Shown: piece by piece, positions 6,989 through 15,733 of the stretch
Numbering within the stretch: position 1 is the first letter of the stretch
Layout: each line of letters begins with the position of its first letter
Origin: Deltaproteobacteria bacterium
GTDB lineage: Bacteria > Desulfobacterota > Binatia > Bin18
Length of the DNA: 34,094 bases
Direction of reading: 5' to 3'
NCBI GenBank assembly: GCA_013140885.1
Contig: JABFSC010000032.1
Location: 1-34,094, forward strand
Translations under genes and position numbers: made by a program
Notes under the pieces: model-generated
The model's database searches: none
Told to the model about the DNA's origin: nothing
What the model saw: the letters and a program-made list of their open reading frames with translations, nothing else

Positions 6989-8200
6989 ATGGCTGGAGCA
7001 CTCGATGGGATCAAAATTCTGGAGCTGACTCGTGTGGGCCCTGGGGCTTTTTGCACGATGATGTTGGCTGACATGGGCGCGGAAGTGTTGAAGATCGAAG
7101 CGCCACCGTCAGGCAAGCTGGCGGGCTCCGGCGCGTCGCCGAAACCCGAAGACGCGCGCAAACTCGCCACCAGTTTTACCAATCGCAATAAGAAGAGCAT
7201 GACCCTCAACCTCAAGGACCCGGCTGGACAAGCCATCTTGCAGGACTTGGCGAAGAGCTACGATGTGTTGGTTGAGGGCTTCCGCCCAGGTGTGATGCAA
7301 CGGCTCGGTGGCGATTACGAAACCCTGAAGAAACTGAATCCGCGCTTGATTTACTGCGCGTTGAGTGGCTACGGCCAGGATGGCCCTTATCGTGATTATC
7401 CCGCGCACGACTTGAACTACCTTTCTCTCGCTGGGATGGCGAACCTCATTGGTCCGCCCGAAGGGCCACCGTCCATCCCGCTCAATGTTGTGGCGGATTA
7501 CGCTGGCGCTTCGATGCACGGGGTGACTGGCATCATGTTCGCCCTGTTCGCGCGTGAGCGGACGGGCAAAGGCCAGTTTGTCGATGTGTCTTATCTCGAC
7601 ACCACGATTTCGTTGTTGGCGGCGACGCCGAACGTGCGCGATTATTTCTCGGACGGTGTTATGCCTGGACGCGGCAAGGGCGTGTTCGGCGGCGGGTACG
7701 CCTATTACGGCTTCTACGAAACCAAGGATCACAAGATGATTACCATTGGCTGCACCGAGCCGTGGTTGTGGGAGAATCTGTGTGACGCCATCAATCGCCC
7801 CGACCTGAAAGATTGCGGCATGAAAGCGGGCGATTTCTCCGGCTATACCAACGACCGGCACGTCTACGCGCGAGCCGAGTTACAGAAAATCTTTCTCACC
7901 AAAACGCGTGAAGAGTGGTTCGAGATGCTGACCAAAGCTGATGTCTGTGTCGGCAAGGTGTATGACGTGCCCGAAGTGTTTCAAGATCCGCAAGTGAAGC
8001 ATCGCCAGATGGCGGTGGAGTTAGACCATCCGGTCGCGGGCAAAGTGATGCAAGCGGGCATCGCGGTGAAGCTCTCCGATACGCCAGGCTCGATTCGCTC
8101 ATTCGCTCCAGCATTGGGCGCGAGCACGGACGAGGTGTTGCGCGCCATCGGCTATAACGAGGCGAAGATCGCGGAACTGCGGGAGAAACGAGTAGTGTGA
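6989..8200 (+). CDS. Family III CoA-transferase (CaiB/BaiF / alpha-methylacyl-CoA racemase-like)
   Basis: N-terminus LDGIKILELTRVGPGAFCTMMLADMGAEVLKIE is the hallmark family III start. VVADYAGASMHG...ALFARERTGKGQFVDVS contains the catalytic Asp region. AAGGAGG at 6979-6985 precedes the ATG. Confidence 0.9.
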   Translation: MAGALDGIKILELTRVGPGAFCTMMLADMGAEVLKIEAPPSGKLAGSGASPKPEDARKLATSFTNRNKKSMTLNLKDPAGQAILQDLAKSYDVLVEGFRPGVMQRLGGDYETLKKLNPRLIYCALSGYGQDGPYRDYPAHDLNYLSLAGMANLIGPPEGPPSIPLNVVADYAGASMHGVTGIMFALFARERTGKGQFVDVSYLDTTISLLAATPNVRDYFSDGVMPGRGKGVFGGGYAYYGFYETKDHKMITIGCTEPWLWENLCDAINRPDLKDCGMKAGDFSGYTNDRHVYARAELQKIFLTKTREEWFEMLTKADVCVGKVYDVPEVFQDPQVKHRQMAVELDHPVAGKVMQAGIAVKLSDTPGSIRSFAPALGASTDEVLRAIGYNEAKIAELREKRVV

Positions 8201-8205
8201 GAAAG

Positions 8206-8288
8206 CATTCAGCGATCAGCTTTCAGCATTCAGCCGGACAGGCTCGTCTCTTGTTTTGTTGAAAGCTGACGACTGAGAGCTGACCGCT
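8206..8288. repeat. Repeat family B, upstream inverted pair (gtcagctttcagc core)
   Basis: Left arm cattcagcgatcagctttcagcattcagcc (8206-8235). Right arm ttgaaagctgacgactgagagctgaccgct (8259-8288). The reverse complement of the right arm (cggtcagctctcagtcgtcagctttc) is nearly identical to 9664-9689. The spacer is T-rich (cttgttttgtt). The element ends 7 nt before the helicase ATG. Confidence 0.8.
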
Positions 8289-8295
8289 TGAAGCT

Positions 8296-9654
8296 ATGCG
8301 CCTCTCCTTCGACCTTGGCACCCTGGTCCTGCGCGATCCGCCAGCCGGGTTTCAGCCACCATCTTGCTTTCAGTGGGATGGGCGCGTGGATCGCTGGCGC
8401 GCGCAGGCGTACCACTACCGCGCCATCGTTGAACAATTCAAGACCGACCGCATCCAGTACGAGAACGCCGCTCCCGCCTATCACACCCTCAAACTCGCCA
8501 GCCGTCTGACCCAAACCCCACATCCATTTCAGACTGAAGCCCTCGCGGCGTGGAACAGCGCCGGTCGCCGCGGCGTGATTGTGCTGCCGACCGGGGCCGG
8601 CAAAAGCTACGTCGGGCAGATGGCGATTGAAACAGTGCAACGCGGCACGCTTGTCGTCGCACCCACGATTGACCTGATGAACCAATGGTATGACCTGCTC
8701 TGCGCCGCGTTTGACGCGCAGGTCGGGTTGATTGGCGGCGGTTATTATGAGCCGCAAGATTTGACGGTCACCACTTATGACAGCGCGTACAGTCATGCGG
8801 ACCGTCTCGGCAATCGCTGGGGCTTGGTGATCTTCGACGAATGTCACCACTTGCCCGGTGAGATGTATAGCCACGCCGCCGAGATGTGTCTGGCGCCATA
8901 TCGCCTGGGGCTCACGGCCACGCCGGACCGCACCGATGGCCGCCACGCCTTGCTCGATCACCTGATTGGCCCGCAAGTCTACGTCAAAGGGATCAAAGAC
9001 CTCGCCGGCGATTACTTGGCGGACTATGTGGTGGAGAGAATCAAAGTCACCCTGACACCAGACGAGGAAGCCGAGTACAAACGCACGCGCGGCACCTTCT
9101 CGAATTTCGTCATTGACCACGGGATCGTGTTGGATGGCCTCGCGGGGTGGCACCACTTTGTGCGCGAAAGCGCGAAGAGTACCCAAGGCCGCCAAGCGAT
9201 GCTCGCGCACCAACGCTCCAAGAAACTCGCGCTCGGCACCTCGGCCAAATTGCGCACGCTTGATTTTCTCCTCAAGAAACATGCGCGCGAGCGGGCCATC
9301 ATCTTCACCAGCGACAACGACACGGTCTATGCCATTTCCGCCGCGTTTCTGATTCCGGCGATTACACATCAAACGCCGACTAAAGAGCGCAAGGAGATTC
9401 TCGAAGGCTTCAATCGCGGCGACTATCTCGCGCTGGCCACGTCCAAGGTGCTCAACGAAGGCGTCAACGTGCCAGAAGCGAGCGTGGCGATTGTCTTGTC
9501 TGGCTCCGGCTCGATTCGCGAGCACGTGCAACGCCTGGGGCGCATCTTGCGCAAACGGGAAGGGAAGCAAGCGATTCTTTACGAGGTCATCACCGCTGGG
9601 ACCGTCGAAGAGCGCATCAGCCAACGACGACGACAGCATGATGCGTATCAGTAG
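8296..9654 (+). CDS. XPB/Rad25(ERCC3)-like superfamily 2 DNA helicase
   Basis: Motif I VLPTGAGKS, motif II LVIFDECHHLP, motif III GLTATPDRTDGRH (position of the XPB RED motif, here RTD), and motif VI EHVQRLGRILRK. The N-terminal ~70 aa (MRLSFDLGTLVL...WDGRVDRWRAQAYHY) resembles the XPB damage-recognition-type domain. The 8230..9639 minus ORF is a GC-rich shadow. Confidence 0.85.
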   Translation: MRLSFDLGTLVLRDPPAGFQPPSCFQWDGRVDRWRAQAYHYRAIVEQFKTDRIQYENAAPAYHTLKLASRLTQTPHPFQTEALAAWNSAGRRGVIVLPTGAGKSYVGQMAIETVQRGTLVVAPTIDLMNQWYDLLCAAFDAQVGLIGGGYYEPQDLTVTTYDSAYSHADRLGNRWGLVIFDECHHLPGEMYSHAAEMCLAPYRLGLTATPDRTDGRHALLDHLIGPQVYVKGIKDLAGDYLADYVVERIKVTLTPDEEAEYKRTRGTFSNFVIDHGIVLDGLAGWHHFVRESAKSTQGRQAMLAHQRSKKLALGTSAKLRTLDFLLKKHARERAIIFTSDNDTVYAISAAFLIPAITHQTPTKERKEILEGFNRGDYLALATSKVLNEGVNVPEASVAIVLSGSGSIREHVQRLGRILRKREGKQAILYEVITAGTVEERISQRRRQHDAYQ

Positions 9655-9663
9655 AAAAATAGG

Positions 9664-9798
9664 CGGTCAGCTCTCAGCGGTCAGCTTTCAGCAAGAGCAA
9701 ATGCCCGCGCATCCTGGGGCTTCGGTTCGTATCGGAAGTAAGGAAGCACCTTCCGCGTTTTTGTCTAGCTGACAATTGACTGCTGAAAGCTGACTGCT
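9664..9798. repeat. Repeat family B, downstream inverted pair enclosing a terminator-like hairpin
   Basis: Left arm cggtcagctctcagcggtcagctttcagc (9664-9692). Right arm agctgacaattgactgctgaaagctgactgct (9767-9798). The 12-bp core cagctttcagca / tgctgaaagctg is perfectly complementary. The element begins 9 nt after the helicase stop. Confidence 0.8.
9733..9762 (+). terminator. Candidate intrinsic terminator after the helicase gene
   Basis: Stem cggaag (9733-9738) / cttccg (9750-9755), followed by cg and ttttt (9758-9762). Confidence 0.45.
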
Positions 9799-9864
9799 CT
9801 TCCTTGTATTTTTCCACCGATGTTGATAGCTGAGCGGTCATCGCCATACATAAGGAGGAATTTT

Positions 9865-10263
9865 ATGGGTGCTACGGAAAATAAGCAGTTAATCCAGGAC
9901 GTCTTCGCGGCATGGGCCAAAGGCGACGGCGCGGCGTTCTTCAACATTTTGGCTGATGACGTGCGATGGACGGTGATCGGTAGCAGCCCGGTCTCGCGCA
10001 CGTACACCAGTAAGCAAGCCTTCCTCGAGGGCGCGACTAAACCGTTGAGCGCGAAGCTGGCGGGGCCGATTCAGCCGACCGTGCGCAACATTATCGCCGA
10101 GGGCGACACGGTCGTCTTGCAATGGGAAGGCAAGGCCGCCAGCAAGTCCGGCAAACCGTACAACAACAACTATTGCTGGGTGATGAAGATCGGCAACGGC
10201 AGAGTGACAGAAGGGACGGCGTATATCGACACGGAGTTGGTGTCGGAGTTGTGGAAGTCGTAA
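9865..10263 (+). CDS. SnoaL-like / NTF2-fold protein (ketosteroid-isomerase-like)
   Basis: MGATENKQLIQDVFAAWAKGDGAAFFNILADDVRWTVIGSSP...GDTVVLQW...YCWVMKIGNGRVTEGTAYIDT follows the typical SnoaL-like pattern. AAGGAGG at 9852-9858 sits 6 nt before the ATG at 9865. The track ORF at 9820 is an extension. Confidence 0.75.
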   Translation: MGATENKQLIQDVFAAWAKGDGAAFFNILADDVRWTVIGSSPVSRTYTSKQAFLEGATKPLSAKLAGPIQPTVRNIIAEGDTVVLQWEGKAASKSGKPYNNNYCWVMKIGNGRVTEGTAYIDTELVSELWKS

Positions 10264-10289
10264 GGGCACTGGGATACTGAGCGCTTGAG

Positions 10290-10329
10290 TCATCGGGGCA
10301 TTGCAGGCACGAGCCGAATGCCCTGATGA
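10290..10329 (+). terminator. Long hairpin downstream of the SnoaL-like gene (no U-tract)
   Basis: 13-bp stem tcatcggggcatt (10290-10302) / aatgccctgatga (10317-10329) with one G-U pair and a 14-nt loop. Confidence 0.35.
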
Positions 10330-10368
10330 GTTGACCAGACCGCACCGCTCTACTATTGTCGCCGCACT

Positions 10369-11853
10369 ATGACAGAGCACCAGAACGGGACAATCGGGGT
10401 TCCAGGCACGAACGAACGGCTGGCTCTTGCTGATGTCGAGGAACGACTCCGGCAGGTGCGCGGGCGCTGGAATTTTCATACCGCGCAGCATCATCTGTAT
10501 CGCCTGGGTACTGCGCTCGCTCTCGGCACCGCGCTCCTTATTGTCTGTACCTTCATATTGTCTCCCCTGCTGTTTACCCTCCTCTCTTGGCCAGTTCTGC
10601 TCCTGCTCGCCTTCTGTTTTCTCTTTTTTATTCGCTGTGGAGTTGGCGACTGGGCGGACCTCAATACCATCGCGCGTCGCGTGGACGCGCAGGTGGGCTT
10701 GAAAGAGCGACTCGCGACCCTCGTAGCGCAGCTCACCAGTGGTGTGATCGGCAAACCGTCCCCTTCGCCCCTGTGGCCACATCTCCTCGCCGAGAATACC
10801 CGACTCCTTGACGAATGGGCGGTGAAAAAGGTTGCGCCCTCGCGCATTCCGTGGAGCATGGTGCCATTTCTGCTCGCGCTGCTGCTGCTGGTGTTCACCG
10901 CTTCTATCCCCATGCTTTCGGAACGATCCGTCCAAGCGCCGTTCTCGCCGGAGAATCTCAGCACGGTCTTGGCCGATCTCCCCAACCGCGCCGGTGAGCT
11001 GCTGGATCGGCAACTCTCTTTACTGCCCGATACGCCGAAACAGTGGGGTGGTGGGACTCTATTCGACACGCCACAAAACGACGGAAAAAAACCCCAAGAC
11101 GCGCTTGAACAGGGCAATCCTGAAGATCAACAGCAACCTGAGAATAGTGACAACACCCCCGCGCAGTCGCTCGCCTCCTTGCCGCAAGCGTTGCAAGAGA
11201 AGATTCGTCAGGCGCTGCAAGGGCTGCCAGATAAAACCCCGAAACCGCCAACACCAGAAGACCAAACGGCGGAACAAGATCCGCGCTTGGCGCTGCAAGC
11301 GAACAAGGAGCAGAAAACTCCGGGCGCGCGGATGGAAGGCCAAAGCCCGGAATCAGGTGGGCAGTTGCCGAATAATTCACCGGGACGCGGCGACAAGAAG
11401 AAAGATGGTCCCACCAGCGGCAAAAACTCGGGTTCAGCCATGTCCATGCCTTCGCTCGGCACTGGCCTGCAACAACTTGAACATGCGCAGCTTGAACGGA
11501 AAAATGCCAAAGGGGCTTTTCAACCCGATAGCCCACAGATGCCGGGACGGGGCGGACAAGCCGGAGAAGGCGGTCCAGGCGCTGGCAGTGGCACCGACCC
11601 CCGACTCTATGGTGAGGAAAAGATCACCGGCAAGGGTGGCCAGACTTTTCAGCTCTCGCTGGAAACCACCCATAAGAAGAGCCATGAAGGGGAGACGGAC
11701 CCCAACGAAGAGGACACCGGCGGCATTATCGAGAAATCGACCAAGGGCCTCAATCAAGAGCAGTCGTTTGATGATGCGATTCGCAAGTCGCAAGTGCCCG
11801 CGGAGTACGAGGATATTGTGAAACGTTTATTCGTGCGAGGAGAATCACGGTGA
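10369..11853 (+). CDS. Membrane protein with long Pro/Gln/Lys/Gly-rich low-complexity region; first gene of the Bat-like operon
   Basis: It has a TM hairpin (LGTALALGTALLIVCTFILSPLLFTLLSWPVLLLLAFCFLFFI), a third TM (MVPFLLALLLLVFTASIPML) and ~250 aa of low-complexity sequence. It ends in a conserved-looking tail, SQVPAEYEDIVKRLFVRGE. The stop overlaps the moxR start (GTGA at 11850-11853). No clear SD is visible. Confidence 0.6.
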   Translation: MTEHQNGTIGVPGTNERLALADVEERLRQVRGRWNFHTAQHHLYRLGTALALGTALLIVCTFILSPLLFTLLSWPVLLLLAFCFLFFIRCGVGDWADLNTIARRVDAQVGLKERLATLVAQLTSGVIGKPSPSPLWPHLLAENTRLLDEWAVKKVAPSRIPWSMVPFLLALLLLVFTASIPMLSERSVQAPFSPENLSTVLADLPNRAGELLDRQLSLLPDTPKQWGGGTLFDTPQNDGKKPQDALEQGNPEDQQQPENSDNTPAQSLASLPQALQEKIRQALQGLPDKTPKPPTPEDQTAEQDPRLALQANKEQKTPGARMEGQSPESGGQLPNNSPGRGDKKKDGPTSGKNSGSAMSMPSLGTGLQQLEHAQLERKNAKGAFQPDSPQMPGRGGQAGEGGPGAGSGTDPRLYGEEKITGKGGQTFQLSLETTHKKSHEGETDPNEEDTGGIIEKSTKGLNQEQSFDDAIRKSQVPAEYEDIVKRLFVRGESR

Positions 11854-12899
11854 GTGAAGCACCAGCTACCCAAATGATCGCCGATTTTCAACAAACCGTC
11901 CGCCGCATCGAGACGGAACTGGCCAAGGCCGTGGTCGGTCACGAAGACCTGGTCCGCAATATCTTGATCGCCTTTTTCGCGGGCGGTCATGTGTTGATCG
12001 AGGGCGTGCCCGGCACCGGCAAAACCTTGATCGTGCGGTCGCTCGCCGATGTGTTCAATCTGAGCTTCAACCGCATCCAGTTCACCGTCGATTTGATGCC
12101 CGCCGATATTACTGGCACCCGCATGGTGATGGACCGCGACGAGGGGCGGCGCGAATTCGTTTTCGTCGAAGGGCCGATCTTCTCCCACGTGTTGCTGGCG
12201 GACGAGATCAACCGCTCCACACCCAAGACTCAGGCCGCGCTCTTGGAGGCGATGGCCGAACAACAAGTGACGGTCGCGGGCACCACCTACCGGCTCGCGC
12301 CACCGTTCTTCGTGCTCGCCACGCTCAATCCCATTGAGATGGAAGGGACCTATCCACTGCCGGAAGCGCAGCTCGACCGCTTTTTCTTCAAGGTGCGCCT
12401 CACCTATCCGACGCATAACGAAATTCAGCGTATTATCAACACGACGACCACCACGGTCGTGCCCGACCTCCACCCGGTGTTCGTGCACGCCGAAGCGCCG
12501 GAGAAGGTCATGGCCCTGCGCACGCTGGTGCGCGAAGTGATGGTCGCCCCGCAGATCGAGGAGTACATCGCCGCGCTGATTCATGCCACGATCCCGGCGG
12601 GGGCCAAGTATGTCAACGCCGCGGACACCGCGCGGACCATGCTGCCGAAGGATGACTTCGTCAATCGTTACGTCTCGTTTGGCTCCAGCCCGCGGGGAGG
12701 GCAGACGCTGCTGCTGGGGGCGAAGGTGGCGGCGCTGCTCAATGGGCGCGCCAATGTCAGTTATGAGGATGTGGACCGCGTGGCCGTGCCCGCCTTGCAA
12801 CATCGCCTGGTGCTCAACTTCGCGGCGGAGGCGGAAAATATCGATCCCGCGATCATCGTCGAGCGTATCCTGCAGTCCGCCCGCAAATTGCGCCGCTAG
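11850..12899 (+). CDS. moxR: MoxR-family AAA+ ATPase (AAA_3 type)
   Basis: VVGHEDLVRNILIAFFAGGHVLIEGVPGTGKTLIVRSLA (Walker A), NRIQFTVDLMPADITGT, LLADEINRSTPKTQAALLEAMAEQQVT (Walker B), FFVLATLNPIEMEGTYPLPEAQLDRF, and GSSPRGGQTLLLGAK. GTG start overlaps the upstream stop. Confidence 0.95.
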   Translation: MSEAPATQMIADFQQTVRRIETELAKAVVGHEDLVRNILIAFFAGGHVLIEGVPGTGKTLIVRSLADVFNLSFNRIQFTVDLMPADITGTRMVMDRDEGRREFVFVEGPIFSHVLLADEINRSTPKTQAALLEAMAEQQVTVAGTTYRLAPPFFVLATLNPIEMEGTYPLPEAQLDRFFFKVRLTYPTHNEIQRIINTTTTTVVPDLHPVFVHAEAPEKVMALRTLVREVMVAPQIEEYIAALIHATIPAGAKYVNAADTARTMLPKDDFVNRYVSFGSSPRGGQTLLLGAKVAALLNGRANVSYEDVDRVAVPALQHRLVLNFAAEAENIDPAIIVERILQSARKLRR

Positions 12900-12925
12900 G
12901 CCGAAGAGTTGATGGGGCTGACATC

Positions 12926-13834
12926 GTGGCGCTGACTGATTTTACCTTCTTTCGCCAACTCGACCGCCTGCGCTTGCGGATACGGACCGCGCGTGGCCAC
13001 CGGCCTGGCGAAACCCTGATCCCTCGCGCGACCCAAGCCTGGGGCGTTGAGTTCGAGTCCTATAAGGATTATGTCCCCGGCGATGACTTCCGCTACGTCG
13101 ATTGGAACGCCGTGGGGCGACTCGATCAACTCGTGGTGCGCACCTTCACCGCCGAGCGCGAGATTCCCGTCCATCTCTTCCTCGACACCAGCGCTTCGAT
13201 GGGGGCACCGGCGATAGATCACAAGTTCACGTTCGCCACGGACCTAGTGTCCGCGCTGGGGTACGTGGTGCTCAACAACAACGACCCCCTGCACCTGGTC
13301 GCGCTGGCCGCCCCCAAGTCCGGGCACCAGCCCTTTCGTCCGGCACCCATGTTGCGCCATCGCAGTCAGTTCTCTCGCCTGCCGGCGTTTTTACAGACCC
13401 TCATCCCTGATGGAAAAACCTACCTCCGTGAGACCGTGCGCGCCTACATTGAACAGACCCACGAGCCCGGGGTCGCCACCCTCGTGTCGGATTTCCTCGT
13501 GGAGCCCGCCCAATACGAAGGCGCGCTGACGTTGTTGCAAGCGCGAGGCTACGAGGTGCGCGCGGTGCACATCGTCGGCGCGGCGGAACTCGCGCCGGAG
13601 CGGCTCTTTCGGCAAGGCAAGCTCTATGATGTCGAGGAGCGGACGGAGCGCTGGGTCTCGCTCAGTCGCGCGCATCTCCAACAGTATCAAGAAGCGATGC
13701 AGGCGCACCTTGATGGCCTCCAACAGTTCTGCCATCGTCACCAGATGCTCTACACGCGGGTGACGACGGACACGCCGCTGACGAAAATCATGACCGAGCA
13801 GTTCACCAAGGCCGGGCTACTCGCCTTTCGATAG
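12926..13834 (+). CDS. DUF58 domain protein (MoxR-associated, VWA-like fold)
   Basis: Signature YKDYVPGDDFRYVDWNAVGRLDQLVVRTFTAERE followed by LFLDTSASM. It sits in the canonical position after moxR. GTG start. Confidence 0.9.
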   Translation: MALTDFTFFRQLDRLRLRIRTARGHRPGETLIPRATQAWGVEFESYKDYVPGDDFRYVDWNAVGRLDQLVVRTFTAEREIPVHLFLDTSASMGAPAIDHKFTFATDLVSALGYVVLNNNDPLHLVALAAPKSGHQPFRPAPMLRHRSQFSRLPAFLQTLIPDGKTYLRETVRAYIEQTHEPGVATLVSDFLVEPAQYEGALTLLQARGYEVRAVHIVGAAELAPERLFRQGKLYDVEERTERWVSLSRAHLQQYQEAMQAHLDGLQQFCHRHQMLYTRVTTDTPLTKIMTEQFTKAGLLAFR

Positions 13835-13846
13835 AAAGTACCAACT

Positions 13847-15733
13847 ATGGGCATTCTCAATCCGGCCGCGCTGCCGTTCCTCACCTTGCTTGGCATTCTC
13901 GTCCTGATTTATTTGCGCGAGCGCTGGCGACAACGGATCGAAGTCCCCTCATTCCTCTTGTGGCGGGCGGTGGCGGAAGATAAGGCGCGCATTCGCCGCT
14001 TTCTCCCCGACCTGCTGTTCTTCGCGCAAGCCCTCCTGTTGCTGCTCCTGATTGGCGGACTCCTGCGCCCCTATCGCTCGGAGACCGTCACCGAGACGCA
14101 TGGCAACCGCCATATCTTGGTGGTGGACACCTCCGCCAGCATGCAGGCACGCGAGGGGCGGACCCGCCGGTTCGATCTCGCGTTGGATGAAGCCAAACAG
14201 GTGGTGCGGTCGCTGGGGCCACTGGATGAATCCATGGTGATTAGCATCAGTACCCGCCCGCAAGTCGTGAGCGGCCTCACCAGCGACCACCTGCTGGTGC
14301 AGCATCTGTTGGAGGCGTTGCAACCCGTGGACACCAGCACCAATCTTGATCTCGGTGTCGAGCTGGCCTTGGCGCAGCGGGGGCGGGATGGTCGCCGGGG
14401 GCAGGTGCATGTGTTCACCGACCTCCCACGGAGCGCGCTCAGTCTCTCGCAAGATCAGGTGCGAGAGTTGGCGTATCACCGAGTCGGCACGAACGATGAC
14501 AACGTTGCCTTGGCCGCGTTCCATCTCTACCAGAACCCGTTTCAGACCTACTCGCAGGCGCAGGCGTATATGCTGGTGCGCAACTACGCCTCGCGGGTCA
14601 AGAAGGGAACCCTGACGTTGCAACTGGACGATCAGCCGGTGTTCAAGAAGGAGTTCACGTTGGCGGCGCGCGAAGCGGCGTCGTTCTCGATGAAAGGGTT
14701 TGAGCACGCGGGGAAACTGGTGGCGAAGATTGAACCGAGTGACGCGCTTGCGCTCGATAATCAGGCGCTGTCGTGGCTGGCGGAACGCTCGTTACGGCGG
14801 CTGGTGGTGGTATCTCCCGTGAAAAGTCTGCACGAGGAACTGACCCGCGTGAGTGAGTCGATCCCCGGCCTCGCGATCACCGTCATGACCCCCGAAAAAT
14901 TCTCACCCGAAAGTCTGAACCCCCAGGATGTGGCTTTGTTCCATCAGTTCGTTCCGAGCGTGACGGTGGCGGTGAACAGTCTCTATGTGTTTCCCCCGCC
15001 GGATAATCCGCTGTTCCCCGTGATCGCGGAAGCCGCCGACCTCAGCATTCTCGACTGGCGCCAAGAGCACGATCTGCTGCGCAACCTGCGGTATGTGGAA
15101 GCGTTGCCGCTGAAGAAGGCGCGGGTGCTGGCGCTGCCGCCGTGGGCGCAGGTGCTGATCTCCTCGCGCACCAAGACCAGTGAGGTGCCGCTGGCGCTGA
15201 CCGGCGAGAAGGATGGCCACCGGGTGGTGTGTCTCGCTTTTGATCTCAACAAAGGGAACCTCACCAATTCCGACAACCTGACGTTATTGCTGTTGTTCCT
15301 CAATACCTTGCGGTGGCTCCTGCCCCCGGACCCAGCGCTGCCGCAACTGGTCTCGACGGGCGAGGCATTTTTCCTTCCCCCCGGCAGTACACCTGATTCC
15401 CTGCGGCTTCGTCCGCCACGGGGCGAGGAGCAGTCGGTTGAAACGGACATGGTGGAGGTCGATCAAATCGGGGAATACCACCTGGATGGCAGCCGCTACC
15501 ACGGCATCCTGTACGCCAACTTGTTCGATGAAGCTGAATCCGACATCGCCCGCCGCGAGGAGCAGGAGTCCGCCCCGGCGCAACCGCGCATCGCGCCCGC
15601 CGCCGCGCCACAAGAGGTGACTCGCGAGGTGCCGCGCGAGTTTGGTCGGTCGCTGTATTACGGGGCCGCGCTCATTCTCACCCTCGAATGGCTCTATGCC
15701 TTATGGCGCTATTCCCGCATGAGGAGCGCATGA
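13847..15733 (+). CDS. BatA-like membrane VWA protein (N-terminal double-TM aerotolerance domain plus VWA)
   Basis: N-terminus MGILNPAALPFLTLLGILVLIYLRERWRQRIEVPSFLLW plus a second TM gives the BatA_N-type double-TM anchor. VWA with MIDAS VVDTSASM. C-terminal TM SLYYGAALILTLEWLYALW. Confidence 0.85.
   Translation: MGILNPAALPFLTLLGILVLIYLRERWRQRIEVPSFLLWRAVAEDKARIRRFLPDLLFFAQALLLLLLIGGLLRPYRSETVTETHGNRHILVVDTSASMQAREGRTRRFDLALDEAKQVVRSLGPLDESMVISISTRPQVVSGLTSDHLLVQHLLEALQPVDTSTNLDLGVELALAQRGRDGRRGQVHVFTDLPRSALSLSQDQVRELAYHRVGTNDDNVALAAFHLYQNPFQTYSQAQAYMLVRNYASRVKKGTLTLQLDDQPVFKKEFTLAAREAASFSMKGFEHAGKLVAKIEPSDALALDNQALSWLAERSLRRLVVVSPVKSLHEELTRVSESIPGLAITVMTPEKFSPESLNPQDVALFHQFVPSVTVAVNSLYVFPPPDNPLFPVIAEAADLSILDWRQEHDLLRNLRYVEALPLKKARVLALPPWAQVLISSRTKTSEVPLALTGEKDGHRVVCLAFDLNKGNLTNSDNLTLLLLFLNTLRWLLPPDPALPQLVSTGEAFFLPPGSTPDSLRLRPPRGEEQSVETDMVEVDQIGEYHLDGSRYHGILYANLFDEAESDIARREEQESAPAQPRIAPAAAPQEVTREVPREFGRSLYYGAALILTLEWLYALWRYSRMRSA

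Noticed and set aside
8230-9639. Long antisense ORFs opposite recognisable genes: 8230..9639, 5151..6347, 7109..7861, 9889..11013, 11754..12803, 13949..14707, 15735..16559, 16567..17808, 17833..18546, 31512..32129
   Set aside because: These are typical stop-poor shadow frames in GC-rich DNA. In every case the opposite strand encodes a protein with canonical family motifs (helicase, ELW repeats, CoA-transferase, MoxR, VWA and others). The shadow products are Arg/Pro/Gly/His-rich with no motifs.
8296-9654. Phage-defence island interpretation (SF2 helicase here, Rpn nuclease at 26098..26931, AAA+ ATPases elsewhere)
   Set aside because: The genes are dispersed among housekeeping and metabolic genes and are not adjacent to each other. 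The ATPases are MoxR/RavA-class with VWA partners rather than defence-type ATPases. No methyltransferase, Toll/interleukin-1 receptor (TIR), SIR2, reverse transcriptase or other defence-system effector domain is visible.
8206-9798. Integron gene-cassette interpretation of the helicase with attC-like palindromes
   Set aside because: There is no integron integrase or attI in the window. The palindromes lack recognisable R''/R' (RYYYAAC / GTTRRRY) boxes. Related palindromes occur on both sides of the gene rather than only 3' of it. REP/BIME-like elements are the more economical reading.
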